Source of the DNA: Octopus sinensis
Lineage: Eukaryota
Reading direction: 5' to 3'
NCBI RefSeq assembly: GCF_006345805.1
Contig: NC_043002.1
Span: 118,978,001-119,042,000 of the forward strand
DNA length: 64,000 bases
The notes under the pieces were generated by a model. That model was not told the origin of the DNA. It did no database searches and was given only the letters and a program-made list of their open reading frames with translations. The position numbers were made by a program, and so were the translations under genes. Below, piece by piece: positions 26,140 to 37,066 of this stretch (its first letter is position 1; every line of letters begins with the position of its first letter).

Positions 26140-26436
26140 AGACCAAGTGGTTTATAAAACTGAAGGTCATATATTTATGTGGTAAGAGAACAAGTACAGA
26201 ATTACTGAATTAGAATTGATAGCTCACAAGTATTTAAATGAAAGTGATTTGGATCTCAGAAGTATTTTAAGCTGAAGATAGTATAGAACTATAACAATAA
26301 AGCATTTAGTGCAGAGCTTTTGATAATGTTTAAAACCATAGAAAATGCCAGTCTTGCTCTGACTGGCTCCGCATTCTGTTTTATGTTTTGATTGAGTAAA
26401 GCTCTGTTTGTTCTCTGGAATAATACCCTTCTTCAG

Positions 26437-26490
26437 ATAGTGGAAGAGAATGCACTTCTTGAAGATAACCTGCCACCCGATTCACCACCT
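26437..26490 (+). CDS. Candidate exon, IVEENALLEDNLPPDSPP (phase 0 to 0)
   Basis: Acceptor acccttcttcag, donor gtatgt; only the phase-0 frame is open. Confidence 0.6.
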
Positions 26491-26715
26491 GTATGTGACG
26501 TTCAAGAATTTGGACCCGGAGATCCCCATTTCCAGCGACTTTGAGGGCCATCTCCCAGTGGCGTCGGGCGTCAACGAAGAGCCCTCGACTACAACAAGAT
26601 GACCAAAGTTTTTTTTTCCATGGTTTGGGGTCTCCCGCCCCTCAGCCCTAGACCATCACCTAATTACCCTTACCCGTCTTGTTGATTAACGACAACAACC
26701 ACCTGTATGTATGTT

Positions 26716-26746
<31 letters not shown>

Positions 26747-26772
26747 ATGGATGGATGTGTATATATATATTT

Positions 26773-26998
26773 CTTCACTACCCACAAGGGGCTAAACACA
26801 GAGGGGACAAACAAGGACAGACAAACGGATTAAGTCGATTACATCGACCCCAGTGCGTAACTGGTACTTAATTTATCGACCCCGAAAGGATGAAAGGCAA
26901 AGTCGACCTCGGCGGAATTTGAACTCAGAACGTAACAGCAGTCGAAATACAGCTACACATTTCGCCCGGCTTGCTAACGTTTCTGCCAGCTTGACGCC
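26773..26998 (-). mobile_element. SINE C (GGCGAGCTGGCAGAAACGTTAG... GCCTTTCATCCTTTCGGGGTCGAT core)
   Basis: Matches 62070-62300. Decayed copies at about 9060-9230, 32990-33120, 43640-43830, 45330-45760 and 55470-55560. Confidence 0.85.
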
Positions 26999-27344
26999 TT
27001 TTTCTGGATGTGTATATATATATGTTTTTATGGATGTGTATATGTATGTTTTCTTTGGCATTTATGTTTTTTCCTTTGCAAGATTCAAGCTGGTCACTAA
27101 CATAATGGCAAGGCTATTTTGCCTAAGTCAAGACAGATTTTGGTTATTTTCATGCCACAGAACCGCTCATGAAGAGTTGATGAAACTACTCAACAACAAA
27201 AATTTCATTGTATTTAAAGCAATTATTTATTTATAGAGTACTGACATGCAGACCAAAGTGTAGAGGTTTATAGCTCTTTGTACCATATCTTTGTTAATGC
27301 TCTGCCAATAAGGGGTGAACTGTGAACATGACCTTTGACTTATT

Positions 27345-27738
27345 CTCTTTTACTCTCTTTTACTTGTTTCAGTCATTTGACTGCGGCCATGCTGGAGCAC
27401 CGCCTTTAATTGAGCAACTCGATCCCGGGACTTATTCTTTTGTAAGCCCAGTACTTATTCTATCGGTCTCTTTTGCTGAACCGCTAAGTAACGGGGACAT
27501 AAACACACCAGCATCGGTTGTCAAGCAATGCTAGGGGGACAAACACAGACACACACACACACTCATATATATATATACATATATACGACGGGCTTCTTTC
27601 GGTTTCCGTCTACCAAATCCACTCACAAGGCTTTGGTCGGCCCGAGGCTATAGTAGAAGACACTTGCCCAAGATGCCACGCAGTGGGTCTGAACCCGGAA
27701 CCATGTGGTTGGTAAACAAGCTACTTACCACACAGCCA
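27345..27738 (-). mobile_element. SINE A (antisense to the plus-strand gene)
   Basis: Reverse-complement copy. Confidence 0.9.
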
Positions 27739-28071
27739 CGAGCCCATCTGATTAATTCTTTGACTGAATTTCATTGGTGGAACACTATTCACCTCATCAT
27801 GCCAGTGTCAAATTATGATTACTGATGCATGTTCAAGCATATCTGATCCGTGCTCCATTTGATGTACATTATTGCTTTAACATCATACTTCCTGTTGAAA
27901 TTTTTCATTGTCCCCATACTCAATTAAGCTAGCTCCTTTATACTGTTGCCGTCTACCAGTTTTTAGCTTATGCGCTATTAAAAAATATTGTATTCAGTCT
28001 CTTTGCATTTCCATGGCCAACTGCCTGTCTCTGCTTTCACCTTTTTTGAATAATACGTTTAGTTGGTTCAT

Positions 28072-28400
28072 CGCCAGCCTCGTCTGGCACCTGCGTCGGT
28101 GGCACATAAAAAAACGCCATCCAAGCGTGGCCGTTCGCCAGCCTCGTCTGGCACCTGTGTCGGTGGCACATTAAAAACACCATCCGAGCATGGCCGTTCG
28201 TCAGCCTCATCTGGCACCTGTGTCAGTGGCACATAAAAAGCACCCACTACACTCACAGAGTGATTGGTGTTAGGAAGGGCATCCAGCTGTAGAAACACTG
28301 CCAGATCTGACTGGCCTGGTGCAGCCTTCTGGCTTCCCAGACCCCAGTTGAACCGTCCAACCCATGCATGCATGGAAAGCGGACGTTAAACGAACGATGA
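28072..28400 (+). mobile_element. RTE 3' UTR fragment (3 units)
   Basis: Same family. Confidence 0.85.
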
Positions 28401-28480
28401 TCTGCCAAGTTTGCTTTTCAGTGTCCCCTTTTGCTCATTTTTTAAAACTCACAATTTAAACATAGTCCAATACTACCACC

Positions 28481-28680
28481 ATGCCATCTAAGAAAAGAAT
28501 GCGTCTTGGCCATAAAACAGAGTCTGCTTCAGCTGCCAAAAGGAGGAAGGCGAACCATGTTTTTCTCATGGCCAGTTATGTTGGATGCTCTAGAGTTGGA
28601 AGCAAACAAAATTTGTTTGTGCTTGTCCTAATGGCAAAACAAAAAAAATGTGGTCTATAGAGAGGTGTTGTGGGCACTTC
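28481..28680 (+). pseudogene. Helitron RepHel remnant (Pif1-helicase C-terminus)
   Basis: Frameshifted CFSHGQL-YVGCSRVGSKQNLFVL-PNGKTK-NVVYREVL. Confidence 0.7.
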
Positions 28681-28912
28681 ATACACCAACTGCTTTCAAA
28701 TTTGTGAACCCCAGTGCTTCCACTACACCAGTGCAACCTTGCAGACCTGATATGAAGTGAGTGCTACTGTAGTGATGCTTTCAAAGTTACTAACTTTCCT
28801 CAACCACGTTTCTTTTCCTTTGTCCAAACTGGGTTTGTCATCTGTTTTCACAGAGTTTCACATTTCACAGCAACAGTTCCGTTGCTTTCAGTGTAGACGA
28901 AAAAAAAAAATG

Positions 28913-29060
28913 GCCCTTTTCAGAGCCACTTTACATACGATTGTTACACCACCTGAGAACACATTACAGCCCCTTTTCAGGGCTACTTCACCCTTCATTG
29001 TTACACCATCGGAGAATGCATTAAAGCCCTTCTCAGAACTTCATATTAAACTGTTGCCAC
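28913..29060 (+). repeat. ~57-bp minisatellite, about 2.6 copies
   Basis: gcccttttcag...attgttacacca...gagaa unit. Confidence 0.7.
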
Positions 29061-29356
29061 TTGGTTTCAGCAGTACTTGGCAACCAATTTTGTTACAATT
29101 TGGCATTAACGGTAATTCAGGAAATTTACTAAAGTATCAAAAACATTGTAGTATCCGAATCCCAAGCAATCTGTGTGTGTGTGTGTGTGTATGTGTGTGT
29201 GTGTGTCTGTGTATATGTATGTAGGTACTATGTATGTATTAGTAGTTAGATATTTACTTACAAAAAAAAAAGAAAGAAAAAGCAGAGATCTGTTAGGGTT
29301 TATATAATGCACTATGCGGTACAGATTTAATATGATTTCTAATATGTCTTATGTAG

Positions 29357-29408
29357 AATGACAAACCAATGTGTCCTTGGTTGCTAAAGGGATCTTCTGG
29401 AAATAATT
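29357..29408 (+). CDS. Candidate exon, NDKPMCPWLLKGSSGNN (phase 0 to 1)
   Basis: Acceptor gtcttatgtag, donor gtaagt; supplies exactly the phase change needed between its neighbours. Confidence 0.62.
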
Positions 29409-29829
29409 GTAAGTATTCTTTGGAATAATACTTTCTTTGTATTAACAAATAGAGTTATTTGTAAAAATAACTACACACACACACACACACACACACACAT
29501 GTTGGGAATCTAAAGTTGATATATAAATTGGAATTGAATAAATATAATTCAACTAAAATCAATATGAAGACAGATGAACACCTTAAGATAATAATGTTGC
29601 AAAAATATAAACTAGAAGAACAAACTTTAGGTCAGTTAAAATATGTTTGTGACATATAAATTCTTAAGGCAAATTCACTGCAGTTATCGAGGAGACAGAA
29701 TTCCCTCTTATGATAAAAGGTATAAAAACTGCAGCTTAAACTGAAAATGAGTCAACATTAGTGATTGAGTTTTTAGTTAAAGATACAGCTTTAATCTGTC
29801 CAGCGTTAATATTCTTTTTGGTATTTCAG

Positions 29830-30285
29830 AATCAGAATCAGAATCGAAATCGATCAATGGAAATTGCAGCTGAGTTACCAGTGCCGGTGGCACGTAAGAG
29901 AATCATGCTGGTGGCACATAAAAAGCACCATGGCCGTTACCAGCCTCGCCTGGCCCCCGTGCCAGTGGGATGTAAAAAGCACCATCCGTTCGTGGCCGTT
30001 GCCAGCCTCGCCTGGCACCCGTGCCAGTGGCACATGAAAAGCACCATCCGATCGTGGCCGTTTGCCAGACTCGTCTGGCAGCTGTGCCGGTGGCACGTAA
30101 AAAGCACCCACTACACTCATGGAGTGGTTGGCGATAGGAAGGGCATCCAGCTGTAGAAACATTGCCAGATCAGACTGGGCCTGGTGCAGCCTTCTGGCTT
30201 CCCAGACCCCAGTTGAACCGTCCAACCCATGCTAGCATGGAAAGCGGACGCTAAATGATGATGATGATGATGATGATTATGATGA
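29830..30285 (+). mobile_element. RTE 3' UTR fragment (5 hairpin motifs)
   Basis: Same family, (GAT)n tail. Confidence 0.85.
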
Positions 30286-30612
30286 TTTCCCATTGCGGAA
30301 TACTAAAGCGTCAGAAACACAAGTCAATGAATCCACTAGGGGAAAACACTGGATAGATATGGCGTTTTTATTAAATTCCAATTTTTATTTGAACTTTAAT
30401 TTGAACTTTATTTTAACTACAGTTTTGCTACAGCTACAGTTTTGGTTTCATAAAATATCACTTCTATCAATTTGAAATTTCCAATGGAAAAATTCAAAGA
30501 TTGGGAAGAAAAATTTACATTGAAATTGTTAAAACTAATTTGTTGTTGCCAGATCCAATCCTCCACTTATAATACAACTGAGAATATTTAGTGCCTTTGT
30601 TCTGTTGTTCAG

Positions 30613-30768
30613 CTCCTTCTCTGTCACATATCAAGGATCCTAAGAAACTTCAGTTATCCCACACTCAGCCTATTGGCTGCTCAGAGCATACTCATTCAGC
30701 TAAACTGAGTAAAGTAGACCTGCTGAAGAGGAAATATTGGTATGAAGAACCGAAACCTGTATCTGTCT
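30613..30768 (+). CDS. Candidate exon, (S)PSLSHIKDPKKLQLSHTQPIGCSEHTHSAKLSKVDLLKRKYWYEEPKPVSV (phase 1 to 1)
   Basis: Acceptor ttgttctgttgttcag, donor gtaagt, 51 open codons in non-repetitive sequence. Confidence 0.72.
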
Positions 30769-31279
30769 GTAAGTTGATTATTTTTTGGTGATAATTATGA
30801 TATTTGTTACAATTGTTTTTTATGAAACTTTTCTAAAATGTTCTGTGCAGAAGTACATAAATGGAAACACAAATAAACTGGAAAAGATTGAAAGGCATAT
30901 AAACTGACTGACAATGGGACTAGCTATTTAGATAGTTATATCTCGCTAGTTAAAAAGCTGAAGGTGAAGACAAATTCCTGGAACTTATAGCTAAATGGAA
31001 ATGCTACACACTCTCAACAATTTTCACACAAACACATGTACAAACACATGACTATTTACTTCAGTCACTAGCATAGCTAGGTGGGGGGATAGTAGGGGGC
31101 GGTCCATCCCAGGTAGCACTTTTGGGTCTACCGTAGGCAATATGTGTCTTTTGTCGGATCTGGGGGTGGCAAAGGGAAAGGTTGCCCTGAGCGGTATACA
31201 CTCTCGCTAAGCTAGTGACTTTAGTGGTACCCTTAGGATTGAACATGTAACGGAATCTATGTTGGTTCACATAGCTGTT

Positions 31280-31597
31280 CACGTAAAAAGCACCATCCGT
31301 TCGTGGCCGTTGCCAGCAGTGCCCCGACTGGCCTCGTGCCGGTGGCACGTAAAAAAGCACCATCCGTCCGTGGCCGTTTGCCAGACTCGTCTGGCACCTG
31401 TGTCGGTGGCACATAAAAAGCACCCACTACACTCACGGAGTGGTTGGCGTTAGGAAGGGCATCCAGCCGTAGAAACATTGCCAGATCAGACTGGGCCTGG
31501 TGCAGCCTCCTGGCTTCCCAGACCCCAGTTGAACCGTCCAACCCATGCTAGCATGGAAAACGGACGCTAAACGATGATGATGATGATGATGATGATG
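31280..31597 (+). mobile_element. RTE 3' UTR fragment
   Basis: Tail ends about 24 nt upstream of the acceptor at 31620. Confidence 0.85.
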
Positions 31598-31620
31598 TGG
31601 ATTCTTTTTATTACTTTCAG

Positions 31621-31685
31621 CCAGCAAATATTCAATGGGTGCAAAGAATCACTTTCTTGGACTTTCTGATGCCCCAAGGAGCTAG
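31621..31685 (+). CDS. Candidate terminal exon, (S)SKYSMGAKNHFLGLSDAPRS*
   Basis: Acceptor tttttattactttcag, phase 1, stop TAG. Confidence 0.45.
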
Positions 31686-32254
31686 AATTCTAACTAACAA
31701 TTTTTAAGAAGCAATGTTGTTTAATGAGAAACATCCTTCCCTAATATTTATGTCTGATAAATTCATCAGTATTCCTGTTTTGATTATGTGAACAACATAT
31801 GCATTGATTGATTGATTGATTGATTCTAGTTTCAGCTCACGAGCTGTGGCCATGCTGGGGCACCGCCTTTGTGTCATACTTCCAAAATTGAAGTGCTATT
31901 TCACATAAGCACACACACACACACACACACTGTCTCTGTCACTTTCACCATCCCACTCACACACATGAAAATTACCAAGTGATTATCCTAATAAATTAAT
32001 TAACAAAATGCCGTAATTGTATTTTTTCTTAGTAGTAATGAGAAATTGAAAAGTAACTTTACTACTGTTGTGAAGGTTATGAAATTTTTTTCTCAATTTT
32101 AGTTTTGGCAACATCCACAGTTTGTATTGCAAGCTCTGGAAGCCCATGCTGGAGCAACTACTATGAGTTTGACTTGTGTGTCCTACACTTTGTTTTACTG
32201 CTGAGTCAGAGAAGGAAGGGAAGCAGTTATGTCCCTACATATTTTTATTTTGGG

Positions 32255-32660
32255 CCACAGAGGCTGGATCCCCTCTCAAAGACCCTGGCAAAGAGAATCG
32301 ATGGCTTCGATAGCAGAGCTCTGAGAACTATCAAGAACATCAGATGGTGCCATCATATTTCTAACAAAGAACTGCATGCATGCATCAATCCACAATCTCC
32401 CATCTCATAGCAATCTATCACATGCACTGGTAAAGACATGTCCGCTGTCTCCCGCTTGATCATCCTACCAGAGATTTACTCTCATTTGATGCAGAAACTG
32501 CTGGCTGGAAGAGGCCTCATGGCAGACTCTGCACCAGAAGGCTAGACGTTATTGGGGAGGGTTTCTGGAGGCTCAACATCACTTTGGAGGATGCAGAGGA
32601 GCTGGCATAGGACCACCAACGATGGTGAACCTGATTGTCTCTACACATGATGACACCTCT
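32255..32660 (+). mobile_element. RTE-like LINE C-terminal relic
   Basis: LAKRIDGFDSRALRTIKNIRWCHHISNKEL...WKRPHGR. Confidence 0.7.
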
Positions 32661-33258
32661 GGAACCACTAACTTAGAATGACTCCAGTCTCATCAAGCAA
32701 GATCATGAAGCCAGAAGCCTCTGAGACTGGTGAAAGGAAACCGAGGAAGTTATCTTCAAATGGAAGACCCAACCTGAATACTTGCAACAGAGTGAACTTT
32801 GTGAAAGGTACCCAAGTACCAAGTGATGATGTTAAATGAGGGTGATGGATTAAATCTATCTCCAACCCATGCTAGCGCGGAAAACGGACGTTAAACGATG
32901 ATGATGATGACCCAAAAAGAACAGCATGCAAAGAGCTGGAATGAATGCTGCAACGCATCTTGTCATGTGTTCTCATAATCCTGACAATCCACTCGTTACC
33001 CTTGAAAGGAACTTTATTTTATCCATTCTAAGAGGATAAAAGGCAAAGTTAAATCTGGAAAAATTTGAACTCAAAATTTTGAGAACCTGAATAAATAGCA
33101 TGCTAACAGCTTTACCAAATAGCTACTTATTTTTCATTTGAATTTCTTTTTTCTCAGACAAAGGAGCAATGCCTAAATGTCATTTTCCACTTCTCTCTAA
33201 AACAGTATAGAAATTCATACAAAGTCATGAAGTTCATTGGAAGCGCCATCCAACCAAA

Positions 33259-33552
33259 ATGCAAATATATGGGAAACTACCACCTGTGTCATCTCTTGTG
33301 AAAGGTAAGAGAGTCCAGTTTGCTGGACATTGTTGTAGAGCTGAAAAAGAGGTAATTTCTACTCTTCTCCTCTGGAAGCCATCTACTCGCAATACCAGAG
33401 GGCGCACACTCTCCTACCCTGATGTAATCTCCAGGGATACAGGCATCCAGCAACAGGACCTCCGTAATGCCATGATGGACCGTGAAGTCTGGCGTAGCAT
33501 GGGAAATTTCATTGTCTCGACCATGGTCGAACGATGATGATGATGATGATTG
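33259..33552 (+). mobile_element. RTE-like LINE 3' end, open frame to a (GAT)n tail
   Basis: RVQFAGHCCRAEKEVISTLLLWKP...AMMDREVWR*. Related relics at 39525-39660 (+) and 61930-62640 (-). Confidence 0.8.
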
Positions 33553-33624
33553 TATAATCATTACCAACACCAACCATCACTAAGTTTCTCATATTTTGTG
33601 TTTTATTATGCATGCATAATGAAA

Positions 33625-34085
33625 TGTAGGTGCAGGTATGGCTGTGTGGTAAGAAGCTTTCTCCTAGCCCCATGGTTCTGGGTTCAGTCCCACTGCATTG
33701 CATCTTTAGTAAATGTCTTCTACTATAATATGAAGCCAACCAAAGCATTGTGAGCCGATTTGGTTGACAGAAACTGAAAGAAGCTTGCTGTATATATGTG
33801 TATATGTTTATATGTGTGAGTGTGTGTATTTTTGCATTTCCTTGTCTTGACATCGTATGATAGATGTAAATGATAGTCACTGTCATACAAGCAGTGTCAT
33901 TCATTTCCAACATTCTGCAAGAACATGTCTGGCCATGGAGAAATATAATCTTGTTTGGAAACAGGTAAGGGTTGGCAACAGGAAGGGCATCTAGCCATAG
34001 AAAACCTACTTCAATAAACTCTGTCCAACCTCTACAAGCATGGAAAAATGAATGTTAAAATTATGATGATAATGATGATGATGAA
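33625..34085 (+). mobile_element. SINE A-type head with alternative RTE-like (GAT)n tail
   Basis: Same head and microsatellite, then a different body ending ggaagggcatc...gcatggaaaa...atgatgat. Related pieces at about 340-535, 47350-47800 and 54590-54790 (-). Confidence 0.8.
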
Positions 34086-34506
34086 TAAATGGGCACATGT
34101 GAGGCATAAGTGTAGGCAGGGGTCCGCAATCATCCTGGGGGACTGCCTTGAAAGAGTTAGTCAAACAAATCAACCCCAGTACAAGTCTGGTACTTATTCT
34201 ATTGGTCTCTTGAACTAGACTGCTAAGTTGCAGAAGCATAAACAAACCAACATATTTGTCAAGAGGCAGTGGTGGGGAACACACACAGGTATACATGCAC
34301 ACACACACACACACACATGACAGGCTTCCTTACAGTTTCTGTCTATTATATTCACTCGCAACACATTGGTTATTCTGGGGCAATTGTAGAAGACACTTGC
34401 TCAGTTGACCTGAACCCAAAACCTCATGGTTGCAAAGTGAGCTTCTTTGTCAATAGTCTTTCTCTTTTATCATGAGTTTCTCTTCCTCTTCAGTGATTCC
34501 CAATAT

Positions 34507-34925
34507 ACTCTTTACTCTTTTCTCTTTTACTTGTTCCAGTCATTTGACTGTGGCCATGCTGGAGCACCGCCTTTAATCGAGCAACTCGACCCCGGGACTT
34601 ATTCTTTTGTAAGCCCAGTACTTATTCTATCGGTCTCTTTTTGCCGAACCGCTAAGTGACGGGGATGTAAACACACCAGCATCGGTTGTCAAGCAATGCT
34701 AGGGGGACAAACACAGACACACAAACACACACATGCATAGATATATATATACATATATACGACGGGCTTCTTTTCAGTTTCCGTCTACCAAATCCACTCA
34801 CAATGCTTTCGTTGGCCCGAGGCTATAGCAGAAGACACTTGCCCGAGGTGCCATGCAGTGGGACTGAACCCAGAACCATGTGGTTGGTAAACAAGCTACT
34901 TACCACACAGCCACTCCTGTGCCTA
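34507..34925 (-). mobile_element. SINE A
   Basis: Reverse-complement full copy. Confidence 0.9.
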
Positions 34926-35089
34926 TATGACATCAATAGTGAAAACTTTCTCTCCTGTGTTACTTCTTCCCTTTGAGAACTTTGATGAAAGCAATGTTGT
35001 TTTGCACTTCATATTAGCAAAGCTTTCAATTGTTTCTGAGAAGAGAACCTTCTAGCTAAGTTGCTTGTTTATTTTCTACATCCATCTCT

Positions 35090-35290
35090 CAGTTCTCAGA
35101 ATGTAAGTCACAGCATGTCCCAACAGAGCTTTCTTTGATTTCTGTCAACTCTGGTGTACCCTTAGGTTCAATAATGTCTCCCATATTCCTTTTACCATAT
35201 ATCAACAACCCAGTTGCTGTCACCCACTTCCTGTTACCTTCAACACAGATGCAATTTGTACTAAGTTTCATCTCTCTTCCACCTTCTACA
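35090..35290 (+). mobile_element. CR1/L2-like RT relic
   Basis: VNSGVPLGSIMSPIFLLPYIN resembles SGVPQGSVLGPLLFLIYIN. Confidence 0.6.
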
Positions 35291-35299
35291 CCCAAATCT

Positions 35300-35684
35300 T
35301 GGAGGCGCAATGGCCCAGTGGTTAGGGCAGCGGATTTGCGGTCGTAGGATCGCGGTTTCGATTCCCAGACTGGGCGTTGTGAGTGTTTATTGAGCGAAAA
35401 CACCTAAAAGTTCCACAAGGCTCCGGCAGGGGATGGTGGTGATCCCTGCTGTACTCTTTCACCACAACTTTCTCTCACTCTTACTTCCTGTTTCTGTTGT
35501 ACCTGTATTTCAAGGGGCCGGCCTTGTCACTCTCTGTGTCACGCTGAATATCCCCGAGAACTACGTTAAGGGTACACGTGTCTGTGGAGTGCTCAGCCAC
35601 TTACACGTTAATTTCATGAGCAGGCTGTTCCGTTGATTCGGATCAACCGGAACCCTCATCGTCGTAACCGACGGAGTGCTTCCA
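35300..35684 (+). mobile_element. SINE B, tail type 2
   Basis: 10-bp TSD acacccaaat. Confidence 0.9.
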
Positions 35685-35754
35685 CACACCCAAATAACAA
35701 TCAATATGCAACTGAAAGACTTCACTCTAGACACGTATTGAATCCATGATCGTG

Positions 35755-36570
35755 GCTGTGTAGTAAGAAGCTTGCTTCCCAACCACATGGTTTCAGGTTC
35801 AGTCCCACTGTGTGGAACCTTGGGCAAGCATCTTCTACTATACCCTCAGGTTGACCGAAGCCTTATCAGAGGATTTAGTAGATGGAAACTGAAAGAAGAC
35901 CATCGCATACATATACATACATACACACACACACGCACATGCACACGCATGTCTGTGTGTCCTCACCACTGCTTAATGACTGGTACTGGTGAGTTAATGT
36001 CCCTGTAGCTTAGCAGTTCTGCAAAAGAAACTGATAAAATAAGTACCAGGCTTAAAAAAAAAAAATAAGTACAGGGGTTGGCTGTGTGGTAAGTAGCTTG
36101 CTAACCAACCACATGGTTCCGGGTCCAGTCCCACTGCGTGGCATCTTGGGCAAGTGTCTTCAGCTATAGCCCCGGGCCGACCAATGCCTTGTGAGTGGAT
36201 TTGGTAGACGGAAACTGAAAGAAGCCTGTCGTATATATATATATATATATATATATAGTGCGTGTGTATATGTTTGTGTGTCTGTGTTTGTCCCTCTAGC
36301 ATTGCTTGACAACCGATACTGGTGTGTTTACGTCCCCGTCACTTAGCGGTTCGGCAAAAGAGAGCGATAGAATAAGTACTGGGCTTACAAAGAATAAGTC
36401 CCGGGGTCGATTTGCTCGACTAAAGGCGGTGCTCCAGCATGGCCGCAGTCAAATGACTGAAACAAGTAAAAGAGAAAAGAGAGAAAGAGAGGGTTGATTC
36501 ATTCAGCTAAAAATTCTTCAAGTGCTCCAGCATGGTTACAGTCTCATGACTGAAACACATAAAAGATAAA
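35755..36570 (+). mobile_element. Older SINE A-like copy with a young SINE A (36079-36490) nested inside
   Basis: Older tail resumes after 36490. Confidence 0.8.
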
Positions 36571-36734
36571 ATTTGTTGCTTCTAATAGTACATAGATACA
36601 ATCATCACACATGTTACCGAAACTGTTTGGTGTCTCCCATTCCCTAGTTACATTGATAAAATGCAAATGAAACCCTCAGAGTCACTCTGCTATCTGATTA
36701 TCACAATCTGATAATCTCTCAAGGTGACCCTCAT

Positions 36735-37066
36735 CATCATCATCATCATCATCATTTAGCGTCCGTTTTCCATGCTAGCATGGGTTGGACAGTTCAACTG
36801 GGGTCTGTGAAGCCGGAAGGCTGTATCAGGCCCAGTCAGATCTGGCAGTGTTTCTACTGCTGGATGCCCTTCCTAACGCCAACCACTCCGTGAGTGTAGT
36901 GGGTGCTTTTTATGTGCCACCGACACAGGTGCCAGGCAGGGCTGGCACGGCCACGATCGGATGGTGTTTGTTACGTGCCACCAGCACGGAGGCCAGTCGA
37001 TGCGATGCTGGCTACAGCCACGTTCGGATGGTTCTCTTATGTGCCACCGGCACTGGTACCACAAAC
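36735..37066 (-). mobile_element. RTE 3' UTR fragment with 86-bp TSD
   Basis: Flanks 36649-36734 and 37067-37152. Confidence 0.88.

Noticed and set aside
29870-30120. CRISPR-like repeat/spacer appearance of the GTGCCGGTGGCACGTAAAAAGCACC arrays (also 3360-3573, 41700-41980, 44580-44860)
   Set aside because: Linkers are homologous to each other, the arrays are part of an RTE LINE 3' UTR, no cas genes are present, and the genome is eukaryotic.
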